Assembly (NCBI GenBank): GCA_965208835.1
Contig: OZ242358.1
Coordinates: forward strand, 4,736,001 to 4,800,000
DNA: 64,000 nt
Reading direction: 5' to 3'
DNA from: Candidatus Latescibacterota bacterium
GTDB taxonomy: Bacteria > Latescibacterota > UBA2968 > GCA-2709665
Below the pieces are notes generated by a model that searched no databases, was not told the DNA's origin, and was given only the letters and a program-made list of their open reading frames with translations. A program made the translations under genes and the position numbers. Shown here one piece after another: positions 40,983-51,220 of this stretch. The stretch's first letter is position 1, and each line of letters starts with the position of its first letter.

Positions 40983-41774
40983 ATGGCAACAATCCTGGAT
41001 GAGATCATCGCATACAAGCGACGCGTTGTGGCCGAGGCAAAACAACGGGTTTCGCACGAAGATATAAGGAAACAAGCGGATCGAGTTCGGAAACCGTGCT
41101 CCTTGATGGAGAGCCTGACCGCCGGGGAGGATATCGCGCTCATTACGGAAATAAAAAAGGCATCTCCGTCAAAAGGGGTGATCCGGGAGAATTTCGATCC
41201 GGTTGAAATCGGCCGGGCATACGAGAAAAACGGCGCTGCGGGAATTTCCGTGCTTACGGACGAGAAGTATTTTCAGGGCTCCATCGCCAGTCTGAAGGCC
41301 GTAAGCGAAGCCGTACAAATTCCGGTGCTCCGGAAAGACTTCGTGATTGACCCTTATCAGATTCACGAAGCCGGAACGATCGGTGCGTCGGCGGTTCTGC
41401 TCATTGTCTCGGCGCTCTCGCAACGTGAATTGGCAGAGATGCTCACAGTCTGCAGGGAGACACGATTGGACGCCCTCGTGGAAGTGCACACGAGGGAGGA
41501 AGCGAGCAGGGCTCTGGATGCCGGCGCAGCTCTTGTCGGGGTTAATAACCGCGACCTCAAGACGTTCGAAACCGACTTGCGAACCACGTTCGACCTGATT
41601 GAATATCTACCTGACGAACTCGTCGTGGTAAGCGAGAGCGGTATCGAGACCAGGGACCATGTCGTCCGGTTAAGGGATGCCGGCGTGAATGCGGTGCTGG
41701 TCGGGGAACATCTGATGCGCCATCCCGACGTCGGTCGGAAGCTGAAGGCGCTGCTGGGTGCGGAAGGCGGTTGA
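40983..41774 (+). CDS. trpC: indole-3-glycerol phosphate synthase
   Basis: EIKKASPSKG, SVLTD, LRKDF, GVNNRDL, SESGI. Confidence 0.96.
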   Translation: MATILDEIIAYKRRVVAEAKQRVSHEDIRKQADRVRKPCSLMESLTAGEDIALITEIKKASPSKGVIRENFDPVEIGRAYEKNGAAGISVLTDEKYFQGSIASLKAVSEAVQIPVLRKDFVIDPYQIHEAGTIGASAVLLIVSALSQRELAEMLTVCRETRLDALVEVHTREEASRALDAGAALVGVNNRDLKTFETDLRTTFDLIEYLPDELVVVSESGIETRDHVVRLRDAGVNAVLVGEHLMRHPDVGRKLKALLGAEGG

Positions 41775-41782
41775 CTCGACTC

Positions 41783-42403
41783 ATGGTTTGTGTGAAAATT
41801 TGCGGAATTACGAATCCGGAAGACGCGCTTTTCGCGGCCGCACAGGGTGTGGACGCGCTGGGGTTCATCTTCTATGAGCCCAGCCCGCGTTACGTGGATC
41901 CGGAATGCGTGAGCGAGATCGTGTCGCAATTGCCGCCATTCGTGACGCCGGTAGGGGTCTTCGTGAACAAGGCCAGGGAGGAGATTCTGGAAATCGCGCG
42001 TTCGACCGGAATTCAGGCGGTACAGTTGCACGGCGACGAGACGCCGGCCGACTGTCTGGGATATCCGTTACCGGTTGTCCGGGCATTGCGGGTGAGCGAC
42101 GGATTCGACCCTGCTTCCCTGAACGACTTTCCGGTTGACACGTTTCTGCTGGATACGGCCAAAAAGGGATGGTACGGCGGCACTGGAGAGACCTTTGACT
42201 GGCGGGTTGCAAGGGCGGCGACCGCACACGGGCGGATCATCCTCTCCGGGGGAATGGATGCGTCAAACGTAGCGGATGCGGTCCGAATGGTGAATCCGTA
42301 CGCGGTAGACTGCGGCAGCGGCGTCGAGGCCGCGCCCGGCCGGAAGGACCACGACAGAATCAGGGGGTTTTTGCGGGCGGTCCGCTCCGTAGCAGTCCGT
42401 TGA
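41783..42403 (+). CDS. trpF: phosphoribosylanthranilate isomerase
   Basis: VKICGIT, SPR, QLHGDE, GGTGETFDW, SGVE..PG.KD; last codons and stop supplied by a MITE. Confidence 0.95.
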   Translation: MVCVKICGITNPEDALFAAAQGVDALGFIFYEPSPRYVDPECVSEIVSQLPPFVTPVGVFVNKAREEILEIARSTGIQAVQLHGDETPADCLGYPLPVVRALRVSDGFDPASLNDFPVDTFLLDTAKKGWYGGTGETFDWRVARAATAHGRIILSGGMDASNVADAVRMVNPYAVDCGSGVEAAPGRKDHDRIRGFLRAVRSVAVR

Positions 42404-42552
42404 TAAAGTCGCTCTGCAGGCGAGGCCGAGCCATTGTGGCCGAAGACAAGGCGCGCGACCGAGTCCCATCCAGCGATTCGGCGAGGGAGCGCAACGCAGT
42501 ATTTCGACCGCAAGGGCCGGCCGTAGCCCGGATGGGCTTTTTCAACGGGCTG
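42393..42552 (-). mobile_element. MITE family B, copy 2 (160 bp, inverted)
   Basis: Same TIRs, TSD GTAG; inserted into the trpF 3' end. Confidence 0.88.
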
Positions 42553-42610
42553 GTAGACCACAGTGCGCGTGTCTGAACCAATATCGAGAAATGAACCGGA
42601 GTTCAAAACA

Positions 42611-43873
42611 GTGGACATCCAGAAAGATCTGAATTTCCGTGGTTACGTATTTCAGCAAACAGACCCCGACGGTTTCAGGGCTCGGCTCACGCAGGGGCCG
42701 ATCACACTCTATTCGGGGTTCGACCCCACGGCAGACAGCTTGCACGTTGGCAGCCTGATACCCATTCTGGGACTGAGGCGGTTTCAGCTGGCCGGACATC
42801 ATGCGATCGGGCTGATCGGGGGAGGTACGGGTTTGATCGGCGATCCGAGCGGCAGTAAGGAAGAACGTCCGTTGAATCCGCCCGAATTGATCGCATCATA
42901 TACCGGGAAACTGACAGACCAGCTGGCCAGGTTCCTGGATTTTGAGACGAAGACCAATCCCGCCCGGGTTGTCAGCAATCTGGGTTGGCTTTCGGAACTG
43001 AAGGCGATTGACTTCCTGAGGGACACGGGCAAGCACTTCTCCATGGGTTATATGCTGGCGAAAGAGTCCGTGGCTTCCCGGCTGGAGACCGGAATCTCGT
43101 TCACCGAATTCAGCTATATGGTCATTCAGGCCTATGATTTCATGGAGTTGTTTCGGGCACACGGATGTGAGCTCCAGATTGGCGGGAGCGATCAATGGGG
43201 TAACATAACGGCGGGAATCGAGCTGATCCGGCGCCGGCTCGGCGGGCAGGTCTATGGCCTGACGTTTCCGCTGCTGCTGAATGCCGACGGGTCCAAGTTC
43301 GGCAAGACGGCATCCGGTAACGTCTGGCTCGACCCGGGAAGGACAACCCCCTACCAGTTTTACCAGCATTGGATCAATACGGACGACCGTGACGTGGTGA
43401 AGTTCCTGAAGCTGTTTACCTTTCTACCCGAGAATGAAATCATCAATCTGGAAACGGAAGTGAACGAACACCCCGAAAAGCGAGAGGCGCAGCGGGTACT
43501 GGCAGAGGAAGTCACCACTTTCGTGCATGACAGATCCGCCACGGTGAGGGCGCGGCGGATTTCGGACGCGTTGTTCTATGGTAACCTGAAAGACCTGAGT
43601 ACACGAGAGATCGAAGAAGGGTTCCGCGACGTGCCGTCTCAGGCGCTCAATGGCGTTTCAGGTGTGGGTCTGGTGGATCTGCTGGTAGACTGCGGTATTT
43701 CATCTTCCATGCGCCAGGCGCGGGAAGATATCCGCTCCGGCGCGATCCATATCAATGGCCGTCGTTGCACCGATACGGGCATGATGCTTGAACCACCGGA
43801 CAGAATCGCAGGGAGATACCTGGTCGTGCGCCGGGGCAAACGCCGCTACTTTCTGGTGCGCTGGAACCTCTGA
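42611..43873 (+). CDS. tyrS: tyrosine--tRNA ligase
   Basis: YSGFDPTADSLHVGS, QIGGSDQWGNI, KFGKT, S4-like C-terminus; start uncertain (42563 or 42611). Confidence 0.96.
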   Translation: MDIQKDLNFRGYVFQQTDPDGFRARLTQGPITLYSGFDPTADSLHVGSLIPILGLRRFQLAGHHAIGLIGGGTGLIGDPSGSKEERPLNPPELIASYTGKLTDQLARFLDFETKTNPARVVSNLGWLSELKAIDFLRDTGKHFSMGYMLAKESVASRLETGISFTEFSYMVIQAYDFMELFRAHGCELQIGGSDQWGNITAGIELIRRRLGGQVYGLTFPLLLNADGSKFGKTASGNVWLDPGRTTPYQFYQHWINTDDRDVVKFLKLFTFLPENEIINLETEVNEHPEKREAQRVLAEEVTTFVHDRSATVRARRISDALFYGNLKDLSTREIEEGFRDVPSQALNGVSGVGLVDLLVDCGISSSMRQAREDIRSGAIHINGRRCTDTGMMLEPPDRIAGRYLVVRRGKRRYFLVRWNL

Positions 43874-43949
43874 CGGGCGGTTGCCGGTCCACCGGCATGT
43901 ATCGGAGCGCAAACCAGGATATGAATAATCGAAACCCAGCATGATAAAC

Positions 43950-44142
43950 CTCAATCCGAAAAAGACAGCAACGCGGCGACGCGATAAAACCCTCCGAAAC
44001 GGGGCAATATCGACCTATAGAATGACGTTTTTTCCCTTCACGCCCAGTGACCTGGTGTATCCTGGTAATCCGCCGTTTAATCGCTTTTATTTACAAGCAC
44101 ATATTCGAATTAACGTCCCCGAAGACTTACGAATCAAGGTTA
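43950..44142 (+). promoter_or_regulatory. conserved ~190-nt non-coding leader element, copy 2
   Basis: Homologous to 15582-15776 (minus strand); ends 22 nt before the ATG at 44165. Confidence 0.7.
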
Positions 44143-44164
44143 ACAACAGGAGAGGATTCCTTCC

Positions 44165-45142
44165 ATGAAAGCACCCTGGATTACCTATCGGCCGGAATTG
44201 AAAGTACTTGATTGTACGATTCGAGACGGCGGATTGATGAACGATCACCAGTTCACCGATGATTTCGTGAAGGCGGTCTATGAAACCTGCGTCGCCGCCG
44301 GCGTCGACTATATGGAAATTGGGTACCGGAACTCCAAGGAGATTTTCCCCAAAGACCAATTCGGAGCTTTCCGGCACAGCGACGAAGAGGACATCCGTAA
44401 GATAACGGGCGACCACGACCCTGAAACCACCGGCCTGAAGCTCGCCATTATGGCGGATGCGGGCAAGAGCGACTGGGCGGAAGACATCCTGCCGGCCAGC
44501 GAGAGCGTGGTCAGCATGGTACGCGTGGCCTGTTATGTCGAGCAGATTCCCGAGACCGTTGAAATGCTCTGCGACGCCCACGAGAAAGGGTATGAAACCA
44601 GTTGCAACATTATGGCCATTTCAACCGTACAGGAGGTTGAGATCGACCAGGCGCTGGAGGTGCTCATCCAGACGCCGGTCGGCACAATATGTGTCGTCGA
44701 CAGCTTCGGGGCATTGTATCGCGAGCAGGTGGACATGCTCATCCGAAAATATATGGATGCTGTAAGCAAAACGGGAAAGGAAGTCGGCATTCACGCTCAC
44801 AACAACCAGCAACTGGCATTCGCCAATACCATCGAAGCGCTGATTCTCGGCGCAAACCGCGTTGACGCCACGGTGGACGGGCTTGGCCGCGGCGCCGGGA
44901 ATTGCCCTCTGGAACTGCTGCTGGGCTTCCTGCGCAATCCGAAGTTCAGGATTCGACCCGTCTACAAGCTGCTGGAAGACCACTTCGTCAAGTTGCGTGA
45001 GGAATTGACGTGGGGGGCCCTTGTACCGTACAACATTACAGGGCAGCACAACCAGCATCCCCGCTCGGCGATGGCGCTTCTGGACGGGGACGAACGCAAC
45101 CGCTATCTGGCATTCTACGATCAGGTGATGAGGGATATATAG
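44165..45142 (+). CDS. DRE-TIM (HMGL-like) aldolase-family protein
   Basis: [29 protein letters not shown]. Confidence 0.85.
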   Translation: MKAPWITYRPELKVLDCTIRDGGLMNDHQFTDDFVKAVYETCVAAGVDYMEIGYRNSKEIFPKDQFGAFRHSDEEDIRKITGDHDPETTGLKLAIMADAGKSDWAEDILPASESVVSMVRVACYVEQIPETVEMLCDAHEKGYETSCNIMAISTVQEVEIDQALEVLIQTPVGTICVVDSFGALYREQVDMLIRKYMDAVSKTGKEVGIHAHNNQQLAFANTIEALILGANRVDATVDGLGRGAGNCPLELLLGFLRNPKFRIRPVYKLLEDHFVKLREELTWGALVPYNITGQHNQHPRSAMALLDGDERNRYLAFYDQVMRDI

Positions 45143-46347
45143 TGCTCAACAGAGATGAAACCGCAAGGGCATGGCCTGACTCCGGGGGGCACTTCGGACC
45201 CTACGGCGGGCGCTATGTGCCGGAAACGTTGATGCCGTTACTGGAAGACCTGGAGGCGGCCTACCGCGACGCAAAGGACCGTCCGGATTTTCATGAAGAA
45301 CTGGACGGATATCTCCGGGAATTCGTAGGAAGGCCGACGTCACTCTATTTCGCACAGCGACTGACCCAAGAACTGGGCGGAGCCAGGATCTATCTGAAGC
45401 GGGAGGACCTCGCCCACACCGGCGCGCACAAAATAAACAACACGATGGGGCAGATTCTGCTTGCCAGACGCATGGGCAAGACGCGGATCATCGCTGAAAC
45501 GGGGGCGGGGCAGCACGGCGTGGCCACGGCAACCGTCGCGGCGATGTTCGGCCTGGAATGCGAGATCTACATGGGCACGGAAGACATGGACCGGCAGGCG
45601 TTGAATGTGTTTCGAATGCGGCTCCTCGGTGCGAAAGTGACCGGCGTGGACTCGGGAAGCAGGACGCTCAAAGACGCGATCAACGAGGCAATCCGGGACT
45701 GGGTGACGAATGTGGAGGATACGTTTTATATCTTTGGATCCGTCCTGGGGCCTCACCCGTATCCGATGATCGTACGCGACTTTCAGCGGGTGATCGGGGT
45801 GGAGACGCGCGCGCAGATCCTGCAGGCCGAAGGTCGGTTGCCGGACCGTCTGATCGCATGCGTGGGCGGCGGCAGCAATTCGATGGGGCTGTTTCATGCG
45901 TTTCTGGACGACACGGACGTGCGGATGGTCGGCGTCGAAGCCGGAGGCCATGGCATTGCCTCGGGCGACCACGCTGCGCGGTTTCAGGGAGGAGATCTGG
46001 GCGTACTGCACGGGGCCAGGATTTACCTCCTTCAGGACGAGGACGGTCAGATTGCACTGACCCATTCGGTATCGGCGGGCCTGGACTATTCCGGCGTGGG
46101 CCCCGAACACTGCCTTCTGCGGGATGAGGGTCGGATCGAGTATGCGTATGCAACTGACGACGAGGCCCTGAAGGGGTTCCGGCTGTTGAGTCGCACGGAG
46201 GGCATCATTCCCGCACTGGAAAGCGCGCATGCGATCGCGTACGTGTCGAAAGCGGCGCCCGAAATGGACAGGAATGCCGTGATCGTGGCGAATCTGTCCG
46301 GACGCGGCGACAAAGATGTACAGCAGGCGGCGAAGTACCTGGACTAA
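45142..46347 (+). CDS. trpB: tryptophan synthase beta chain
   Basis: [39 protein letters not shown]; GTG overlaps the upstream TAG. Confidence 0.97.
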   Translation: MLNRDETARAWPDSGGHFGPYGGRYVPETLMPLLEDLEAAYRDAKDRPDFHEELDGYLREFVGRPTSLYFAQRLTQELGGARIYLKREDLAHTGAHKINNTMGQILLARRMGKTRIIAETGAGQHGVATATVAAMFGLECEIYMGTEDMDRQALNVFRMRLLGAKVTGVDSGSRTLKDAINEAIRDWVTNVEDTFYIFGSVLGPHPYPMIVRDFQRVIGVETRAQILQAEGRLPDRLIACVGGGSNSMGLFHAFLDDTDVRMVGVEAGGHGIASGDHAARFQGGDLGVLHGARIYLLQDEDGQIALTHSVSAGLDYSGVGPEHCLLRDEGRIEYAYATDDEALKGFRLLSRTEGIIPALESAHAIAYVSKAAPEMDRNAVIVANLSGRGDKDVQQAAKYLD

Positions 46348-46400
46348 ACGGTAGTACACGTTTCGTTATTGAACCGGAATCGAGGATTGGAGTTGCCCGG

Positions 46401-47213
46401 ATGACAAGGATCGGTAAACGGTTCGAAGCGTTGAGGAGAGCGGGAAAGACCGGATTTGTCGCCTACATAACGGCCGGAGATCCGGATCTGGAAACCACCC
46501 GACGACTGGTGCCGGAGCTGGAGCGGCGCGGGGTGGATATCCTCGAGTTGGGCGTACCGTTCTCCGATCCGCTGGCGGACGGGCCCGAGATCCAGGCGGC
46601 CTCGCAGCGGGCGCTGAGGCATGGGGTGTCGCTGGGCGACGTTCTGGACCTGGTGGCGGACCTGCGGCTGGAGTCCGAGATACCTATCGTTCTGTTTACG
46701 TATTTCAATCCGATGCACCGTTTCGGTCTCCAACGGCTCGTCGACAGAGCCGCCGATGCGGGGGTGGACGGCATTCTGGCGCTGGATCTTCCGCCGGAAG
46801 AAGCGGGCGAGTACAAGGGTCTGATGGAAGAGCGGGGATTGGATACGATTTTTCTGATCGCGCCTACCAGCGGTGAGGATCGCATTCGGCGAATCGCGTC
46901 TTGCACCAGCGGATTTGTATATTACGTGTCGCGCACGGGCGTGACCGGGGAACGGGACAGACTGGAGGAAACGCTTGGAGACAGGGTAGCGGCCATCCGG
47001 AGACATACCTCGCAACCCGTTGCGGTTGGATTCGGAATTTCGACGCCGGAACAGTCCGGAGAGGTTGCAGGCTATGCGGATGCGGTCGTCGTCGGCAGCG
47101 CCATCGTGCGTCGAATTGCCCAACGGCAGACCGACCCGGACCTCGTTGTTCACATCGGGGCTTTTGTCGAAGAATTGGTGCAACCGTTGAAGGGAGCATT
47201 CGATGGATCTTGA
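46401..47213 (+). CDS. trpA: tryptophan synthase alpha chain
   Basis: AGDP, ELGVPFSDPLADGP.IQ, GVTG, VGFGI, VGSA. Confidence 0.97.
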   Translation: MTRIGKRFEALRRAGKTGFVAYITAGDPDLETTRRLVPELERRGVDILELGVPFSDPLADGPEIQAASQRALRHGVSLGDVLDLVADLRLESEIPIVLFTYFNPMHRFGLQRLVDRAADAGVDGILALDLPPEEAGEYKGLMEERGLDTIFLIAPTSGEDRIRRIASCTSGFVYYVSRTGVTGERDRLEETLGDRVAAIRRHTSQPVAVGFGISTPEQSGEVAGYADAVVVGSAIVRRIAQRQTDPDLVVHIGAFVEELVQPLKGAFDGS

Positions 47214-47472
47214 AGACTGGCGTAAGGAAATCGACGTGCTGGACCGGGAACTGCTGACGCTTCTGAATCGACGGGCCGAATGCGCCATTGAAATTGGCAG
47301 GATCAAACAGGCAATCGAGCAACCGATCTTCGTGCCGGAACGGGAGATGTCGATCCTGAACCGAATCCTTGAGTTGAATGAGGGGCCCCTGGACGCCGAA
47401 GCCGTGCGACGGATCTTTCAACAGATCATCGATGAGTCCAGGCGCCTCATGCAGAAGAATCAGGGAAGTTAA
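47203..47472 (+). CDS. monofunctional AroQ-class chorismate mutase
   Basis: LEDWRKEID.LD..LL.LLNRRA...IG.IK...PERE. Confidence 0.9.
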   Translation: MDLEDWRKEIDVLDRELLTLLNRRAECAIEIGRIKQAIEQPIFVPEREMSILNRILELNEGPLDAEAVRRIFQQIIDESRRLMQKNQGS

Positions 47473-47564
47473 ACGGGTGCGAACCCTTCTGAACCTTAGC
47501 TCGAGATTGGTCGGGACGTTTCGTCACGTTTGAAGACCGAGATTTGTCACGGAGCCCGCAGCGC

Positions 47565-48593
47565 ATGGCATTCACGAAAAACATGAAGATACCCACGCCG
47601 GAAGCCGTTCTGGAGAAGATGCCGCTTCCGAAGAATCTGAAAGAAATAAAGGAGCAGCGGGATGCGGAAATCGGCGACATCTTTTCGCGCAGGAGCCATA
47701 AGTTTCTCCTTGTGATCGGCCCCTGCTCCGCACACAATGAAGACGCCGTATGTGAATACGTCTCGCGGCTGGCGAAACTGCAGGAGGCCGTCCGGGAAAC
47801 GCTGATTCTGGTGCCCCGGCTCTATACCAACAAACCCCGGACGACCGGCGAGGGATACAAGGGTATGGGACATCAGCCGGACCCGCGAAAGGCGCCGGAC
47901 ATGTCCGAAGGCATTTACGCGGTCCGTCAGATGCACATCCGGGCGGTGCGGGAATCCCACCTGACTGCGGCCGACGAAATGCTCTATCCTGGCAATCTAC
48001 CCTACGTCGATGACCTGCTGAGCTATATAGCCGTGGGTGCCCGGTCGGTAGAAAACCAACAACACCGATTGACCTGCAGCGGCGTTGACGTACCCGTTGG
48101 AATGAAAAACCCGACGGGAGGAGATCTTTCGGTTATGCTGAACGCGATTCATGCCTCCCAGATCCCGCACGTCTTCATCTATAACGGCTGGGAGGTACGC
48201 ACCGACGGCAATCCAATGACGCACGCCGTACTCCGCGGCGCCGTGGACGTAACCGGGCGCAGCATGCCGAACTACCATTTCGAGGACCTCATGTACGCGG
48301 CGGAACTGTATCGGCAGCGGCCGCTTGCCAACGCCGCGATCGTCGTGGATACGAATCACAATAACTCGGGCAAGCAGTTCAGTGAACAGCCGCGGATCGG
48401 GTTGGAAGTGATACGCAGCCGGCAGAATTCGGCGTTCCTGAACGACATGATCCGCGGATTGATGGTGGAGAGTTATCTGGTTGAGGGAGCGCAAGACGTC
48501 AATGACGGCGTGTACGGCAAATCCATTACCGATCCATGCCTGGGGTGGGAAGATACCGAGGCGTTCGTAAAGGAACTGGCCGAGGGGATATGA
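47565..48593 (+). CDS. DAHP synthase, class I-alpha (AroF/G/H type)
   Basis: IGPCS, KPRT..GYKG, GARS, GMKN, H.NS.K, ESYL..G.Q, SITDPC. Confidence 0.93.
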   Translation: MAFTKNMKIPTPEAVLEKMPLPKNLKEIKEQRDAEIGDIFSRRSHKFLLVIGPCSAHNEDAVCEYVSRLAKLQEAVRETLILVPRLYTNKPRTTGEGYKGMGHQPDPRKAPDMSEGIYAVRQMHIRAVRESHLTAADEMLYPGNLPYVDDLLSYIAVGARSVENQQHRLTCSGVDVPVGMKNPTGGDLSVMLNAIHASQIPHVFIYNGWEVRTDGNPMTHAVLRGAVDVTGRSMPNYHFEDLMYAAELYRQRPLANAAIVVDTNHNNSGKQFSEQPRIGLEVIRSRQNSAFLNDMIRGLMVESYLVEGAQDVNDGVYGKSITDPCLGWEDTEAFVKELAEGI

Positions 48594-48671
48594 TTGCGAA
48601 CGGGATCGGAAGACAGGAACGGACCCGAACGACCCGCGGGCGCTTTCGCCTCCGCCTCCAAGGATGACCGC

Positions 48672-49784
48672 ATGGCGAACGACCCTCCGTTTGCGCGTGA
48701 GACGATTGCAATAGTTGGTGTCGGGCTGATTGGCGGATCTCTTGGTGTGGCGCTCAAGGGACTGGGCATCGGACGACGTATCGTTGGCATCAGCAGGCAG
48801 GAGACCCTGGATGCAGCCGTCGGGCTGGATGTTATCGATGCGGGCTATCGCTATGAGGACCTCGAAACCGGGATTCGGGATGCGGCGCTGGTTTTCCTGT
48901 GCACTCCCATCGTACGTATTCTGGATCTGCTGCCTGAGGTGCTCGGAGCGGCGCGGCAGGATACGGTCGTGACCGATGTAGGCAGCACCAAACACGCGAT
49001 TGTTTCCGCGGCGGCGGCCCATCATCGGGATGACGTGCACTTTGTGGGCGGGCACCCGATGGCCGGATCCGAACATCGAGGGGTGGGCGCGGCGGATCCC
49101 TTCCTGTTTCAGAATGCGATCTATGTCTTGACGCCGTCGCCGGACACGCCCGGTTTCGTGGTCGAAAAGCTCGCTCGCCTTGTAAGGGCGTTCGGGGCCA
49201 GGCCGATGAGGATGACGCCTCAGGAACACGACAGGGCGGCGGCGGCGGTAAGTCACCTGCCGCAGATGATGGCCACGAGCCTGGTGTCCATGATTGGAAG
49301 GATGGCGGAAGACGACGGATTGCCGATTCGAATGGCCGCGGGGGGGTTTCGGGACCTGACCCGCATCGCTTCCAGCCCTTTTGGGATGTGGCGAGATATC
49401 TGCCGTACAAACGCGACGCCGATCCGCGAGATGATCGATCTGTATATTGAGTCGCTTTCGGCAATTCGCGGGAATGTGGACCACGACCGCCTGGAGCAGA
49501 CATTCACCTATGCGAATCGGGTACGGGGGCAGATCCCGAAGGACTCCAAGGGATTCCTGCATCCACTGCACGAAATTCTCCTCCTGGCGGAGGACAGGCC
49601 GGGTGTGATCGCCCACGTCGCCAGGAAGCTTGCCGGTGAGAGCATTAATATAAACGACATTGAGGTGCTGAATGTGCGGGAGGGAGAAGGCGGCACCATT
49701 CGAATGGGGTTCGATTCCCGTCCCTGCGCGGAACGGGCCGTTGACGTATTGGCGAAGGCGGGCTACAGCGTGAGATTGAGATAG
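48672..49784 (+). CDS. tyrA: prephenate dehydrogenase with C-terminal ACT domain
   Basis: GVGLIGGS, DVGSTK, GGHPMAGSE, SHLP, GFRDLTRIA, DRPGVIA. Confidence 0.93.
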   Translation: MANDPPFARETIAIVGVGLIGGSLGVALKGLGIGRRIVGISRQETLDAAVGLDVIDAGYRYEDLETGIRDAALVFLCTPIVRILDLLPEVLGAARQDTVVTDVGSTKHAIVSAAAAHHRDDVHFVGGHPMAGSEHRGVGAADPFLFQNAIYVLTPSPDTPGFVVEKLARLVRAFGARPMRMTPQEHDRAAAAVSHLPQMMATSLVSMIGRMAEDDGLPIRMAAGGFRDLTRIASSPFGMWRDICRTNATPIREMIDLYIESLSAIRGNVDHDRLEQTFTYANRVRGQIPKDSKGFLHPLHEILLLAEDRPGVIAHVARKLAGESININDIEVLNVREGEGGTIRMGFDSRPCAERAVDVLAKAGYSVRLR

Positions 49785-49846
49785 AGATTGAACCGGAAAG
49801 ATCGCTTTCCCTCCATTGGCGACCGCATTATAAAGAAGGCCTGGTT

Positions 49847-51145
49847 TTGGAACTCACGAAGTCGGGAATCTTCGAAGATAACATCAAACCATCGCCCGGG
49901 CTCAAGGGGGTTTCCGACCTCCCGGGCGATGTCAGTATATCGATCATCGCCCTTGCGCTCTCGTCCGCGGCGAATGGAATTACCAGGATTCGCAGGTGCT
50001 CGCGAAGCCGTGAAGTCCACCGTACTTGCGAGTTGCTGTCGGAAGTCGGGATTGCGGTAGCCTGGGACGGTGAGACCGCAACGGTAACCGGCGGCCAATT
50101 CCGGGCGCCGGAAGGCGTGCTGAACGTGGACGGGTCCCTTGTTCTGTTTTCCTGTCTGGCGGGATTGCTGTCGAATGCCCCTTTTGTAACGAGACTTTCC
50201 GGAATTCACGCCGATGCCGGCGTCAACCGGGTCTCTGAAGCGCTGCGACCGCTGGACGCCCACCTGGACCTTTCGATTAAGGACGGGATATCGGCCCGTA
50301 TCGGGGGGAAGAGGTTAAAGCCTGGATCCTGCCGCGTCGGACGTCCCGACCTGGCGGTGAAGTGCGGGGTGCTGATGGCCGGGTTGGGTGTGGACGGTCC
50401 GGTTGAGCTGCTGCAGGACACCGGAGGAGATGACGATCTGGAAGTGTTGCTGCGGGCGGCCGGATGCCGGCTGAAAAAGGGCCGGATCAGGGGCGCCGGA
50501 GGTTACCGGTTGTCGCTGGAAGGACCCGTACGGCTCCGCGCCGTTACCCATGAGTTGCCGGGTAGTTCGGACGCCGGTCTGTTTCTTGTGCTGGCCGCGG
50601 CGATGTTGGAACAGTCTGATTTGACGGTAACCCATTTCGGAACGGACTCGAGAAGCCGAAGGATCATGGACGTGCTGCGCCGGATGAACGTAGCCCTGGA
50701 TGTGGAGCCATTCCGGACGGATTCCGGTTTCCCCGCTCGAAGCGTCCGGATCATGGGGTCCGACTTGCGTGGCATAAAGATCGCCGGCGCGAACGCGCGG
50801 TTCTTGCGGGACGTGCTCCCGCTCCTGGCGGTCGCCGGCGCCGTTTCCCGGGGTGAGACCATAATCCGGGATGCGGAGGCGTTGAGGGAGGGTCCGGTCG
50901 ACTGTATCTCGGTTTTGGTAGAATGCCTCAGGAAGTTACAGATTGAAGTCGGAGAGATGCCGGACGGACTGGTTGTGAAGGGAGGGCAACCGCAGGGCGC
51001 CGAACTGGATGCCGGCGGTGACGCCCGCGTGTCTATGGCGCTCACGCTGGCGGCGCTGGCCAGCGAAGGGGAAACACTCGTCAGGAACCCCGGGCCCGTG
51101 GATCGGGCGATGATGGATCGGCTGGCGACGGTACTGGAAGCGTAA
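49847..51145 (+). CDS. EPSP synthase (AroA)-like protein, active site degenerate
   Basis: AroA length, motif order and position after tyrA, but key motifs altered (see findings). Confidence 0.75.
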   Translation: MELTKSGIFEDNIKPSPGLKGVSDLPGDVSISIIALALSSAANGITRIRRCSRSREVHRTCELLSEVGIAVAWDGETATVTGGQFRAPEGVLNVDGSLVLFSCLAGLLSNAPFVTRLSGIHADAGVNRVSEALRPLDAHLDLSIKDGISARIGGKRLKPGSCRVGRPDLAVKCGVLMAGLGVDGPVELLQDTGGDDDLEVLLRAAGCRLKKGRIRGAGGYRLSLEGPVRLRAVTHELPGSSDAGLFLVLAAAMLEQSDLTVTHFGTDSRSRRIMDVLRRMNVALDVEPFRTDSGFPARSVRIMGSDLRGIKIAGANARFLRDVLPLLAVAGAVSRGETIIRDAEALREGPVDCISVLVECLRKLQIEVGEMPDGLVVKGGQPQGAELDAGGDARVSMALTLAALASEGETLVRNPGPVDRAMMDRLATVLEA

Positions 51146-51156
51146 TCATTCAGGTA

Positions 51157-51194
51157 CCCGCGCTGTCTGCAGCGTCCGCTGCAGACAGCGCGGG
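51157..51194. repeat. perfect 18-bp inverted repeat
   Basis: CCCGCGCTGTCTGCAGCG-TC-CGCTGCAGACAGCGCGGG; no U-tract. Confidence 0.8.
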
Positions 51195-51220
51195 ACAATC
51201 TTCGGTACGAGGAGAGCCTT

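Noticed and set aside
42553-42610. T-box leader before tyrS (also checked before argS and trpE)
   Set aside because: No GGTGG.ACC T-box motif seen.
43941-44168. 75-aa ORF covering the duplicated leader element
   Set aside because: The frame is not preserved in the other copy (1-nt indel), there is no RBS and no recognisable protein.
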